A DNA stretch of 63,115 nt, filler included, from 17 parts of 17 records of this genome joined end to end with filler, not necessarily neighbours in it; one strand, 5' to 3'; shown: positions 31,693-43,241, counted from the first letter of the whole stretch. The notes: generated by a model from the letters alone, not told the origin. Numbers and translations are program-made.

Positions 31693-34600
31693 ATGCATGG
31701 CCTGATGGACCACGGCGCGCAGGGCCGAGACCGACGTCCAGATGGCCACAGGGCACGCCAACCACCGCAGGCCAAGGACGTGGAGATTGACGCGCTCGCT
31801 CTGAAAGCCAGCATGGAGCTGACTGCGCACCTCTCCTTTCAGCAGGAACTGACTGAGGCGCCTCCTCGTGAGCCTCCGCAAGTCGCGGCTGTGCGACACT
31901 ACGAAGGTTTGCAACATGGGGTTGGTACGGAGCCGCCTTGGCTGACTGGTGGCCTGACTGCCATCCTGTCGGTGCGGCGACACGAAGAACACCAGCGATA
32001 TAAACTGGCCATGACCGGCCTCGAGGCTGCTGCACAGGCCGACGATAATGAGCGTGCTGCCACAGAGATCGCGCGAGCGCTCCAGGATGCTCGCTCGGTG
32101 GCTCAAGTCCAGGCGATGCTTGCCGCGGCACCCGAAGGTGTGGCATCGCAAACCTTGGCTATGGGTTGGTCGAACCCAGGCATCTGGCGGAACAGTGGCG
32201 ACCGCGTTGTCGTCCGGGATGGGTTGCAGCGAGCTGGGAGAAAGCGAGCCCTTTTCCCAGGCGAAGTCGCTACAGTACTCGGAGAGGGACGTGGTCAGCA
32301 CGATTTGATACTGCATCCGCTAGGCGATCGTTCGCTAGGCGGACATTTTGACTCCGCTGACCTGGCGACTTGGGTTGGTGGGCAGCTGCTGCACCACGCT
32401 GCGGTGAGCGGCTGCTCAGCGGAGGTGCTGGAGATCATACTCGCTGCTGATCCTACAGTTGCAAACATTGTTGACGGCGAAGGCAAGGTGCCGCTACAGC
32501 GGGCAGTTGACTGTGGCTGTAATGCCCAGATTCTATCGCTGCTTCACGCGGCGGTTCCACAAAAGCTGCTCGATGTTACGCAAGTTGCTGTTTGGCTTGG
32601 AAGCGTAGCGCAGACAGAGGCGGATGTCAAGGCGATCTTCGCTGCCGCACCCGACGGCATTGTATCACATTGGATCCAGGAGGGTGCGATGCAGGAAGAT
32701 ATTGATCAGGAGAAACTACTCACCCCCCCGATGAATTCACTTGGGTACCGGGTGGTGCTTCGGCATGGTATCGACAAGATACAGCTGTACGATGATTGGA
32801 ACCTGCGGAAAGGAGGATACACTTTGTGTGCACAGGAGGTCGCCATCGGCCGCATCAACCCCAGCATCAGGTTAAAAACGATGACGCTAGTTGAGCTGTA
32901 TAGCGCAAATGGACAGATAGTACCTCTTGGGTTGGTCCCCTGCGATTGTTTGGCATTGAGTGGATTCTCCCGACGACTTCTTCACCACGTCGCGGCGACC
33001 GGTCGCTCTGCGGCAGTATTGAATGCGGTCCTCGCCGCCGATCCCGGTGCAGTGAGTGTGGTGGATGGTGGCGGGAAGCTTCCACTCACACGCGCAGTGG
33101 AGGCCGGTTGCTCCGACGAACAGATCCTGTTGCTTCTATCGCCCGAGGCCGCCTCTATCTTGGGTGGTGATGGACGACTCCTGCTTCACCAAGCTGTTGC
33201 GGATGGGTGCTCTGAAAATGTAATGCGACATATTCTTGCTGCGAACCCTAACGCTGCCATGACGAAAGACAATCACGGTCTGTTGCCGGAACAGCTCGCC
33301 ATTGATGCTGATCTTTCTGCGGAAGCCATTCATATGCTGCGCGACTACTCAAAGAGGTTCTGTGGCAGCTTTCTCTGCCGCTACGAAGTCGTCCTTGCGC
33401 TGGACGACTACTTCGTTGTGCATCGCAGCGCCACGTCTTTAGTTCTCTTTGCCAACGATCTGCGCACAGGCAGGATGGTTGCCCTCAAGCTGATGCGCAA
33501 CAGAAATCAATTTAGGGCAGAAATCGCGGGGCGTGTGGTTAACGGCATTTCCATCGACACATCCGTCGTTGTTGGTTTGCTAGGCTGGCACACACCCGCA
33601 GGCGAAGAGATGACAGAAGACAGTAGCAGAAGATCACAAGAAAATGAGTCGACTCCGTGCCTCGAACACCCTCAGTATGCAGATTACCCGTTCGTACTCG
33701 TGCTAGAACGTGCCGAGCGGAGCTTGCACGATGCATGCACCAAGGAGCGCATCGCCGGCATCCGTGTACTCGACATCATAGCAATCACTCGCACCATAGC
33801 TCACAGGCTGCAGCAGCTGCACGTTGTTGATCTGTGCCACGGCGACCTTAAGCCACGGAACATTATCCGCAAACCCGAGTCCGGGTGGGTGCTGTGCGAC
33901 ATGGATGCGTCGGCCAAGTTTGGAACACCTATCGGTGCCAGGACCAGCACTGCGTACTGCCCACCCGAGCTGGCCCGTATCCGATTTCGAGGTGGTCAAG
34001 AACTTGATGCTGCTGAGCCAAGTTTCGACATATTCAGCCTCGGTGTGATTGTGTATGAACTGTGCTCGGGGAACACGCTGTTCAGACAGGACATTGCCAA
34101 CGACGAGTTGGTGGATACAGGCGACAAGACGCGTCTCTGCACGTGGCTGGTGATAGACGAAACTGAGCTCGAACCAGTCCTGGGCTCACCGCACATTGAG
34201 TATGAGGAGACGGACAGTGGAGCACAGAGGCAGGTTGTGGCCGATGCTAAGAATCTAATCCGCTGGTGCTTGCACGGTCAGCCGAGCGATCGGCCATCGG
34301 TGAAGCAGGTGCTGAGCCACCGCTTTCTTAACCCAGCAGGTGCTGAGCCGACACCACAGCAGATGCGCTATCACGCCTTCATGAGCCACGCTCAGGTGGA
34401 CGCATCTGGCACTGTGGGCACGCTCTTCTACGCGTACAAGCGGCTCGGCTTGCACTGCTGGCTAGATATGCGTCAAGCACTGCTCACCCTCGACGGTATG
34501 CGGCAGGGAGTACGTGACAGCGACGTCTTTCTGCTCGTGCTGTCGGCCAATGTACTGCAGTCGTGGTTCTGTCAACAGGAGCTGTTGTGTGCAGTGGCTG

Positions 34601-35706
34601 AGAAGAAGCCGATCCAGCTGATAAAGGAAGTTGACAAGCGCTTCAGCCCGTTCGATGATGCCGCGTGGACGGCGTTCAACGAGGCGATGGATCATCGTGA
34701 ATGCCTTCGAGTTCCTTTGGCACCATCGTTCATAGAGGTCCAGCGCGATAGTTTGGACGGGAAAGATAGAAAGCTTGCACTGTGTCGAGTGCCTGGCTCA
34801 CCATTCGATAAACTGCCGTCCGCGATCCGCGATACGATCAACAGCAGCTTGCCAAATGCCGTAACCTACCGCCGCCGAGACTTTGAGCAAAAAGCCATGA
34901 TGGCGGAGCTGTGCGCACGCAATGGCGTGGTGCTTCCGTGCGATTCCGATTCGGCCCTGACTGCCACCAGCTCATTAGCATGCATGAACATGGTTTTTGT
35001 CATATGCAACAGCGGCACTGCCGGACCTATGCTGACAGACCTCACCGATGCGCTTGATGCGTCTGGTTGTGTGACGCTGGTGAGTGATCCAACACAACTC
35101 GCTTCGGCAAACAAAGTCCTGCTGCTACTGTCCAAAGATGTGCTGACAGGACCGTCACTAGTGCTACTAGAGGAGGCACTGCGGATCGATCGAGAGCAGA
35201 GACAAGATCGCATCTGCACTGTGTTTTACGAGGGTATTGGCTGGCACTTTGGCTGCCCTGAGCAAAAGTCTGCATCCGAGGTAGTGCAGAACTGCCTGTT
35301 CGAGCACGAGGCCCTGGCATACCGGCCGATGGATCGTACCGGCACGCTTCCAGACCGGCATGAGTTCCCAGCGATGGTGAATGAGCTGCTGAAGAACCTA
35401 GGCGTCACTGGTGGTTCAGTGCAACGCCTCACAAGAGCAACCAAGCAAGAGCGAGCCACAAAGCAGCACGCCGGGTACAAGTTTAGGTTGACAGCGCAGG
35501 AGGCTACGGAGCAGAAGCAAGAGATCGAGCGATTGCAGCGATCGCTGGCGGAGAAAGATGCGACGCTAGCACAAAAAGATGCCGCTCTAACAGCGAGCAA
35601 GTTAGTTGTTGAAAAGCAAGCCGTGACCCTTGCTGAACAGGCGGCAGAATTAGCGAGGTTGCGGGAGCGGCTGAGCGAAGGCATTCCACCTTGCGCAGAT
35701 GCCTGA
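31693..35706 (+). CDS. Ankyrin-repeat / Ser-Thr kinase / TIR / TIR-like / coiled-coil protein
   Basis: Ankyrin repeats (LLHHAA...DGEGKVPL); kinase VALKLM, HGDLKPRN, CDMD, YCPPE, DIFSLG; TIR YHAFMSHAQ...CWLDM...GVRDSDVFLLVLS..VLQSWFCQQEL; C-terminal heptads. Intronless, 1337 aa. Confidence 0.9.
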   Translation: MHGLMDHGAQGRDRRPDGHRARQPPQAKDVEIDALALKASMELTAHLSFQQELTEAPPREPPQVAAVRHYEGLQHGVGTEPPWLTGGLTAILSVRRHEEHQRYKLAMTGLEAAAQADDNERAATEIARALQDARSVAQVQAMLAAAPEGVASQTLAMGWSNPGIWRNSGDRVVVRDGLQRAGRKRALFPGEVATVLGEGRGQHDLILHPLGDRSLGGHFDSADLATWVGGQLLHHAAVSGCSAEVLEIILAADPTVANIVDGEGKVPLQRAVDCGCNAQILSLLHAAVPQKLLDVTQVAVWLGSVAQTEADVKAIFAAAPDGIVSHWIQEGAMQEDIDQEKLLTPPMNSLGYRVVLRHGIDKIQLYDDWNLRKGGYTLCAQEVAIGRINPSIRLKTMTLVELYSANGQIVPLGLVPCDCLALSGFSRRLLHHVAATGRSAAVLNAVLAADPGAVSVVDGGGKLPLTRAVEAGCSDEQILLLLSPEAASILGGDGRLLLHQAVADGCSENVMRHILAANPNAAMTKDNHGLLPEQLAIDADLSAEAIHMLRDYSKRFCGSFLCRYEVVLALDDYFVVHRSATSLVLFANDLRTGRMVALKLMRNRNQFRAEIAGRVVNGISIDTSVVVGLLGWHTPAGEEMTEDSSRRSQENESTPCLEHPQYADYPFVLVLERAERSLHDACTKERIAGIRVLDIIAITRTIAHRLQQLHVVDLCHGDLKPRNIIRKPESGWVLCDMDASAKFGTPIGARTSTAYCPPELARIRFRGGQELDAAEPSFDIFSLGVIVYELCSGNTLFRQDIANDELVDTGDKTRLCTWLVIDETELEPVLGSPHIEYEETDSGAQRQVVADAKNLIRWCLHGQPSDRPSVKQVLSHRFLNPAGAEPTPQQMRYHAFMSHAQVDASGTVGTLFYAYKRLGLHCWLDMRQALLTLDGMRQGVRDSDVFLLVLSANVLQSWFCQQELLCAVAEKKPIQLIKEVDKRFSPFDDAAWTAFNEAMDHRECLRVPLAPSFIEVQRDSLDGKDRKLALCRVPGSPFDKLPSAIRDTINSSLPNAVTYRRRDFEQKAMMAELCARNGVVLPCDSDSALTATSSLACMNMVFVICNSGTAGPMLTDLTDALDASGCVTLVSDPTQLASANKVLLLLSKDVLTGPSLVLLEEALRIDREQRQDRICTVFYEGIGWHFGCPEQKSASEVVQNCLFEHEALAYRPMDRTGTLPDRHEFPAMVNELLKNLGVTGGSVQRLTRATKQERATKQHAGYKFRLTAQEATEQKQEIERLQRSLAEKDATLAQKDAALTASKLVVEKQAVTLAEQAAELARLRERLSEGIPPCADA

Positions 35707-35990
35707 TGTCGCGCTAAAAGGACGGTGTGGTATGATTGTGGAGCCGCCTGGTGCGTAAGTACCATTCAGAACATGGTACCTTGAACCCTTCGCCTTCGAG
35801 CACTCCTTACAAAAACAGTTCTAGTCCCGTACCGCTATCAACGCGAAGATGGAACGTACATGATGCTGCCGCGGCATGACCAAGCGCCACCTAGGCAAGC
35901 TAGGGCATCATGCAGCAGCCGTGGTTTCGATCGTTTGCGACGGGAATGGTCCAAGGCGACGGACTCTCGCTGAGGGACCGACGCCGACAC

Positions 35991-36019
35991 TGACACCGGT
36001 CATAAGGCCTTATGACCGG
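35991..36019. repeat. TGACA...TGTCA palindrome family, copy B (cut by contig end)
   Basis: TGACACCGGTCATAAGG|CCTTATGACCGG is a perfect palindrome up to the contig break. Confidence 0.85.
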
Positions 36020-36119
36020 NNNNNNNNNNNNNNNNNNNNNNNNNNNNNNNNNNNNNNNNNNNNTTAATTAATTAANNNNNNNNNNNNNNNNNNNNNNNNN
36101 NNNNNNNNNNNNNNNNNNN

Positions 36120-38843
36120 CCACACACACCTGCTGTGCTGCACACTATGCTCGACTCTGTGGTGCTCGTGCCACAACCGCCTGCACAAAGCGATCGACAG
36201 ATCAGGTCGCGGGGCTCGGCGCGTGGGCTACATGTGGCTTTCAGCGAGGGCACGGCGCGAGGAGAGCCTGTGCCCGGGCAGAGAGTGCGGGCGTTGCCTC
36301 GAGCCAAACCGCTGCTGGGGCAACAGTCGCCACCAGGGGTGAGCACGTCGCGCCAAAACGTGCTGCGGGCCACGTCAGTACCGGGACAGCAGCTGCACCA
36401 CGACGTTCAGAACGCAGTGCGTGGAGTCGTCGGTGCATCTTCCGGGTCTCGGAGCGGCGCCACTGCAGCAGGGGTGCAAGCGAGACTGCCCACCGTAGCC
36501 TCGAGAGTCCACGTACCAGATGAGGCGCTTGAGATTGAAGGCCGTGCCGATTGGTGGACGAAACGGAAACGCAAGACACCGACAACGACAACTGCGGAGC
36601 CGGCCGCAGATATGCCGCCACTGGGCACACGAGTACGCGAGTTCCTCGACAACGTGGAGATGCGGATCGCGGAAGCCAAGAGTGGACTCTTGGGCAAAGG
36701 CATTGAGCGCCGGCAAGTGTTGGCGACGATCGTAGACGGGGCCGCTGACGCTGGATTCCTGGTCGCGCTTGGTCAGACCAGTGAGCAGCTGCGAGCCTTC
36801 GCAGAGCAGCCAGAGGACCCCGAAATTGATCAAGACTGGAACATGGATACCCTCTTGAACCTGAGTGCTGACGCCCGGCTCGATGCAGACATGCTGACGG
36901 CGTTCCTAGACGAGCTGTTGTCGAGCGACGAGGAGCTGACGGATTACCGCCGTATGATTAGCGAGATGCTCGCAGTGCGGCAGCAGGAACTCCGGCGCGA
37001 GATCTCTCTGCTACCCGTAGAATCGGCCGCGGTTGATACAGTCGCTGACCATTGCAATCTCATCGAGCTGGCCGGAGTATATGTCGACCAAGGTCGCCTG
37101 GGCGCGATAGTTGAACTGCTCAGCCACTTGTCGCAGATCGCACAGGTTGAGGACGAGAATGACCTCATGGGCGAGGAGGTGCCAGAGACATGCACGGCGA
37201 CGTCAGACATTGATGAAATAGCAGCTTACATCAACGAAACAGTGAACCGGTGGCAAGAGTTGCAAATGGAGATGTTGGAAGTAGACCCAACGATTTTCGA
37301 TCGCAACGAGGTGGTCCTGGAGCAGGAGCAGGAGCAGGAGGAGCAGGTTGTAGATGACACCAGCTTGGAAGCAAAACCCGAGGCGTCAAACCTCTACGCA
37401 ATTGAACTGGCAGCAAACGACGAGGCACGTATAGGGCCCATGGATTCAGATGAGCTATTACGGGAACACAGGACCGGGCTAACGAAAAGAAGACTGGCCC
37501 CCAAACCACCGTCTGGCCAAGGAGCGGTTGCAAGGTCGAAGAAAGAGATCGCTGTCAAAGAGCAGGGTTCAGTCGAAGACCTACAGCATTTGGTAGATGC
37601 GTCCATAGACGCTATCCCATTAGCACAGAGAGAGCAATCAGCTCAATCCATGGGTGAAAATGCTGAGATGGTGGCAGAGGAGACCGATGGTCCGCCGCCC
37701 GCTGTTGCAGTGGCAGTGGAAGCGCCAACATCACATTCAGCAGCACGGTTAGAGCACCCTCGGACAATTGTCGACGCAGATTCAGCCAAAGAGGCCACCG
37801 AGGGCGAACTAGTCACACGGGTGCCGCTGGTTTCATCTGTGGCGGTGTTGCCTACGGCGCTGCCTTCGGCTCCGATAGCAAGCACAGCGACAGTGGCAGC
37901 CAAGCCACGAGAGAACGGCGGCTCGGGCTTTACCCATGTCTTTGAGGTTGAGGGTTCATCTCAGGCGCCCCGAATAGGTGCACAAGAGGGAGGCACTGCG
38001 GCTGCCAGGATTGGTGCGATTGTCCCTGCAAGCGGCAGGAGCATAGGTGGTGTTAAGGGATGGACTAAAGCAACACCTAGGGCAGCGGCACAGCAGTCGA
38101 ACCAGAAGAAGCGTCAGCGCAAGCTTGTCCCGCTTTCTCCGGCAGCTGATGCAGCCGTGGGACCGAGCGCACAGGTGGACGTACCTCAGTGGTGGCTCGA
38201 GCTGAAGGCGACGATTTGTGGGGCAGCAACGGCAGCAGCAGAGACAGAGACACCATCAGTTGGGCTTGGCAGTGGCATCGTGCTCGGGCATCGGCGACTC
38301 CGCAGCTGGGCGACGCAGCTGTGCGGGGCGAGGAAGATCGACGAAGATGCACTGAGTGCAGCCGTGGCATGGATGGAAGAGCAAGGTGGCGTGTTGGTGC
38401 AACTCAGCAAGGGTGCAGCTCTTTCAATTGTGCATGGTAGCTCAAGTACAGTTGAGGGAGGGACAGACCCCGATCCTGGCCCGTACTACCGGCTGCCGCC
38501 TCCGGACCAAGTGCGCTATGCCGCAACTAAGGTGGTGGAGACAAGTGCGAGGGCACCACTTCCAAACCCCGCGCCGTATATGTTGGGTCGCTACCCTTCC
38601 GCCGGGGTTGGTCCCGCTGAGACGCCTATGGCGCAACCGTTGCTGAGTCCACGGCTAGCCGCATCAGGTGCATCGGCTGCCGAGCGTGCGGGCCGTCGAG
38701 CAGAGCAGCAATTGCTCAGAGAACGATCGGCACAGCTAAGTGAGTCGCGTTCGCTGGACCGTGCCATTAACGACGTCTACGGTGCAATTTCGGAGCGTTC
38801 GCCACGATGGCAGCAAAGGCAGACTGCTGGGGGCTTTAGGTGA
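36120..38843 (+). CDS. Large hypothetical protein (acidic helical core, low-complexity flanks), probably 5'-truncated
   Basis: About 900 codons open with no recognisable catalytic motif. Confidence 0.65.
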   Translation, partial: PHTPAVLHTMLDSVVLVPQPPAQSDRQIRSRGSARGLHVAFSEGTARGEPVPGQRVRALPRAKPLLGQQSPPGVSTSRQNVLRATSVPGQQLHHDVQNAVRGVVGASSGSRSGATAAGVQARLPTVASRVHVPDEALEIEGRADWWTKRKRKTPTTTTAEPAADMPPLGTRVREFLDNVEMRIAEAKSGLLGKGIERRQVLATIVDGAADAGFLVALGQTSEQLRAFAEQPEDPEIDQDWNMDTLLNLSADARLDADMLTAFLDELLSSDEELTDYRRMISEMLAVRQQELRREISLLPVESAAVDTVADHCNLIELAGVYVDQGRLGAIVELLSHLSQIAQVEDENDLMGEEVPETCTATSDIDEIAAYINETVNRWQELQMEMLEVDPTIFDRNEVVLEQEQEQEEQVVDDTSLEAKPEASNLYAIELAANDEARIGPMDSDELLREHRTGLTKRRLAPKPPSGQGAVARSKKEIAVKEQGSVEDLQHLVDASIDAIPLAQREQSAQSMGENAEMVAEETDGPPPAVAVAVEAPTSHSAARLEHPRTIVDADSAKEATEGELVTRVPLVSSVAVLPTALPSAPIASTATVAAKPRENGGSGFTHVFEVEGSSQAPRIGAQEGGTAAARIGAIVPASGRSIGGVKGWTKATPRAAAQQSNQKKRQRKLVPLSPAADAAVGPSAQVDVPQWWLELKATICGAATAAAETETPSVGLGSGIVLGHRRLRSWATQLCGARKIDEDALSAAVAWMEEQGGVLVQLSKGAALSIVHGSSSTVEGGTDPDPGPYYRLPPPDQVRYAATKVVETSARAPLPNPAPYMLGRYPSAGVGPAETPMAQPLLSPRLAASGASAAERAGRRAEQQLLRERSAQLSESRSLDRAINDVYGAISERSPRWQQRQTAGGFR

Positions 38844-39326
38844 GCGCGCTAGCGATCGTGTAGGTGCAAATGCAGCGACTTCTTGACATACGGTCTATGA
38901 ATATTGGTGTCCATATTTTGCCGATCAAGAGGTATGGTTGGGTAGTGAGCACCGCGAAATGATACATTTGGCCCGAAACTAGAGGATGGCGGGAGTGGAC
39001 ACACTCACACTCACTCATGCACCCACACACTCGAGCCACTTGTACTCACTCTGTTTTTCACTGGTCAACACTCCTTCGCCTGCTCCGTCCGAGCCAGACG
39101 CTCGCATAGTTCTCATGATCTTCTGTTAGAGATGTACACGAGATTGTAGCTGTCAACTGGCGGTTGACGCTTTGACTGTTCGGAGAAGGGGGCTGATATG
39201 CTGCTCATGCGCTGNNNNNNNNNNNNNNNNNNNNNNNNNNNNNNNNNNNNNNNNNNNNTTAATTAATTAANNNNNNNNNNNNNNNNNNNNNNNNNNNNNN
39301 NNNNNNNNNNNNNNGTCGGACGCGGC

Positions 39327-39374
39327 GTGACACCGGGCATAAGGCCTTCTAGCATGCCTTATGCCAGGTGTCAC
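39327..39374. repeat. TGACA...TGTCA palindrome family, copy C
   Basis: GTGACACCGGGCATAAGGC-CTTCTAGCAT-GCCTTATGCCAGGTGTCAC, arms 18/19. Confidence 0.85.
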
Positions 39375-39704
39375 CGTGATTCCCTATTTAAATGGCACTG
39401 GTTGCCACGCGCGGTGCATGAGAACCACGTTGGCGGCCGAAACTGGTTCGCGCTACGGGATCTGTAGCTAGGTGAGCTGAAACTCGCGTACTATGGGAAA
39501 CACATATTTCCTGAGCATGAAATATCCCCACAAATGTTTGACACCGCCCGCCGATAGAAGATGACGCTGCGTGGTGAGTGCAATGACTACCCGATGGTCA
39601 ACCTGCAGTGAATTCATGTACAATTATCACGAGTGCAGTAAACTTGGTTGGGCTTCGCATTTGAAGTAATTTGAAGTTTGGCCTAAATTGTGCAAACAAC
39701 CTCG

Positions 39705-42700
39705 TCACCATTCCACAACCACTGTCAGCTTTTGCTGGTAAGCCATCGTTGGGCAGCGCACAACCAACACATGCCATGGTCCATCACTTCTAAGCCACCA
39801 TCCAGGCCTTCCACTACTAGCTCCAGGATCGACACCAGTCGACGGTACATGCTGCGCGTTGCAATGGACGCTAGTGGCTGCGCGCGACTTCGGTGACAAC
39901 AACTCAACCTGCTGTGTACGAGTCAGGGGGGCAAAGCCATGATTTCCGCCGTGGATAGCCTCGATCCCCACGCTCACGTTCCTAGTGTTCGCTATTTGCG
40001 ATGCCAAAAACTCTTGGTATTGTGCCTCTTGGTATCCTAGTCCTTCTCCACGGTCCTCGTACAACCTGCCGGTCCCACGTTGGGCATTATCGCCTGTATT
40101 AGGAACAGGGAATACCTTCCACACTAGTAAGGTTGCCACTGTGCTCCGGTTCTGCGCTGGCTCTGTATTGGTCTTCATCGGAATAATCGAACCGGCCCGA
40201 ACCCAAACAGGTATCTCGTCAATCGCAAAGCTTCCATGGACTGTCACAGGCCCAGTATGCAACACCGCGGTTCGCTGGCACCAGCTGTACCACTCGCCCC
40301 TACCCTCGTCACGGCACCACGGCACATTAGGAGTGCACTGCTCTATACGCAATGCCTTACAGGGTTCCAACACAAGAGGGGAGGTGGACCAGCTTACGGC
40401 GGAATCCAGACCGTACGACTGGTGCGAAGTCCCGCGATGCTGCTACTGCTGCCAATGTCACCGAGATTTGTGCCAGCATGAGCCTACGAACACACCCGGC
40501 GTTAGCAGCGATCGACATACTGAAGTCATTAAAGCGTGTGACTTACAATTGCGGCGACCAGAACCGATGGACCGAACAGGTAGCTTTGTTTGTCGTTGTA
40601 AGCCTCATCCTCCTCGGGAAAATCGTAGTATACTGGATGGTTGATCGTGATGCCACTAGTGTAAGCCTCGTACGCTGCTGTATAGATGTACGGCATCAGC
40701 ATATCCCGCAGTTGGAAGGCGGTCGTGATCGCATGCGAATAGGTTTCATCGACCATGTAGTCCCATGGTTGGCATGAGCACTCCGCATCACAGTGCGTGC
40801 GGAACACAGGTGACATCACGCCGAATTGCACCCTACAACATTTCCAAAAACACACGTTTGTATGCTCATTTGCACATTCATTTTTCAATTTGATCTTGCA
40901 AGTGTAAAAAAGACTGAGCTTGTACCATACCAGCGCAACCATAGCTCTGGCCAACTGCACATCTTGAGGGTGTAATTGTATCCAGCATACTTGCCCGAGA
41001 TCATTGGCTGCTGTGGCCAGTCTGGCCGTGTATTGTCCTGGTCTGGATCGAATCCCCCAAGATCGTGGGTGAAGTGCACACCGGTGTTCGCAGCTGTCGC
41101 CGACTGATATATTTGGTAGCCAAGCGTGGCCCATGCTGCAGGAGTATCACCAGAGCCAGCGAGTGGGTAGCGATGCTGCCCAAGTCCACCCATCGGAGTC
41201 ATCACTAGTCCACGCTTCCCGAGCGCCTCCATCCGCCGAACATGCACGTGCGTAGACCAGAGCAGCGGTGAGCCTCCCTTATTGTCAAACGGGCACTGAA
41301 ACCAATATGCTTCATCAGCACGACCCATATAGCCTTTTGACTGGCTGTCGTAGTCAGTCCAGAGATAATCTATCGCTGAGACAGAACCATTGGTGCGTGC
41401 GTCCAAAGCGTGTTGATAGACGGCATTGGTGAAGCTGCGGTTCGTCCACGCGCATTGTATCGTGTCATTCTTCGCAGCGTTGACACCGAGGGCCTGAGCG
41501 ATATCTGTGTAGAACACTTGGCACGGATCGAGCCCAATGTAGTCGTGCGTGTTCACCATTAGCTTGAGATTCTGGTCATAGTGCAGCCAGTCCGTGAATG
41601 CATTTGGGTGTGTGAACAAGCTGTGGTTCCAAGAGTAGCCACCGTAACCTTTGCAATCTTGTGCCATCGCTCCGTTCTCCTCGATGTGCCATCCCACGTC
41701 AAGAACTAGCGCATGCAATGGCAAATCGTGCTGCTTGTACTCTGCTAGAATCGCCTTGACTGTGGCTTGATCGATGCCCGGCTTCCAGTACTTCGAGTAC
41801 CATATACCGTAGGCGCTGTAGTCCATCATCGCAATCGGCCCAGCGACGCTCACGTAGTCCCTCATCGCTTTACGGTATTCGTGACCGTGTGCAAAGATCA
41901 TCCAGTCACGATAATTTGTTGAGTACGGGCGTTCCACTCGCCAACCACCACGTCCGACCCAGGTCTGCTTCTCGTCTAGCAGGGCGGCACCACCGTCGTC
42001 GTGGATAGCCCAGCCGTCCCTAGAGACGAGGCCCTGCGCCATTCGTTTAGGAAACCACCGCGAACATTCCTTCGATCCAGCGTAGCAATCAAACACATCA
42101 TTGCTACTGTTGAGATTTCCTTTGCCAACTGGCTGCGAATGAAAACAGGCAGGAAGCGCTGTTGGACCTGACTTCCCGTGCTCCGCTCTATTCCGCTCAT
42201 CAGAATCGTCACGATAGCAGCAGCCGAGCGCGCTGCATGCAGACTCGTTAGTGGTTCCGATAGGCCCACAGGGGCGACGGTCATGGCCAAACACACGGCA
42301 GCTATCCATAGTGTCCGGATCGTTCGAGATCCAGGTCTTGTTTTGACCGCCGTTCTGGAAGCTCACGTGGAGGATGCCTGGCCCGAACCGTGGCACTGGA
42401 TCCGCTGGAGAGAGCGACGTCGGGGTGAGCGTCGAGTTTGGACGAGGCAAGGAATCTTTCGCATTTGGATCGTACCGCACTTCCACCTTGGCCGTGCGTA
42501 CAACAAGCGCACCGCCGTCGATCGAATACGTAAAGGGGGCAGCGATGGAGCGATTGATCCAGGTCACGCTCGGGCGGTCCTCGAAGATGCCAGTCGCCGA
42601 CCACTCAGCCCGGAGCATGGAATCGGAGTGGACGGTGATCCGCACTTGGCCAAGGATGACAGTGTTGCTGACAGCCCGCGCTTCCTCTGAGTCGCTACTA

Positions 42701-42747
42701 CAAGCTGCCAGTCCCGCCGCCACCACCACAGTGAGGCACGGCACCAT
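39705..42747 (-). CDS. Secreted GH31 alpha-glycosidase with a trefoil-like insert, multi-exon
   Basis: Signal peptide; trefoil-like CGPIG...ACSALGCCY; GIWYSKYW, LVLDVGWH, LWTDY (nucleophile), GSGDT (acid/base), HDLGGF, RW/VQFG..SP..RTH (intron 40833-40930), LRDMLMPYIYT, IPVWVRAGSIIP, LYEDRG. Confidence 0.9.
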
Positions 42748-42971
42748 TAGTCAGTCCGATCCCGGAGTCGGTCTATATCGCGATGCCTCTCCGAGTCGGC
42801 GCGCGCGCTCCGTCGCGTCCTGCGTGCGGCGCGCGCGCGCCGGCCGCGAGACGACCCGCGCGCGCAGGCCGNNNNNNNNNNNNNNNNNNNNNNNNNNNNN
42901 NNNNNNNNNNNNNNNTTAATTAATTAANNNNNNNNNNNNNNNNNNNNNNNNNNNNNNNNNNNNNNNNNNNN

Positions 42972-43241
42972 TCCCTCGGCCCGTCGTGCTCCAACGACAA
43001 CATCGACCTGTGCGACGACGAGCAGAAGGCCATCCTGGAGAAGTACAACGCCATGAGCGCCGGTGAGCGCAAGAAGATCGTCGACGACACCGACAAGGAG
43101 ATCGCCGACCTGGAGGAGAACTTCAAGGCTGAGGTCAAGAAGCTCCAGTCTACCTACGAGAAGCTGATGGCTGACAAGGACGAGACCATCAAGTCCGTCC
43201 AGACCAAGGAGCTCGGGCTCCTCAAGTCCATCAAGGCCTAA
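42972..43241 (+). CDS. C-terminal fragment of a short PDI-like/thioredoxin protein (candidate selenoprotein)
   Basis: LGPSCSNDNIDLCDDEQKAILEKY followed by a coiled coil (EIADLEENFKAEVKKLQSTYEKL), as in protist single-thioredoxin PDI-like proteins. Strong C/G-ending codon bias. Confidence 0.7.
   Translation, partial: SLGPSCSNDNIDLCDDEQKAILEKYNAMSAGERKKIVDDTDKEIADLEENFKAEVKKLQSTYEKLMADKDETIKSVQTKELGLLKSIKA

Noticed and set aside
39050-39214. Possible small minus-strand exon (CTAACAG acceptor, GTGAGT donor) at the end of contig 11
   Set aside because: Too short and truncated to assign a gene.
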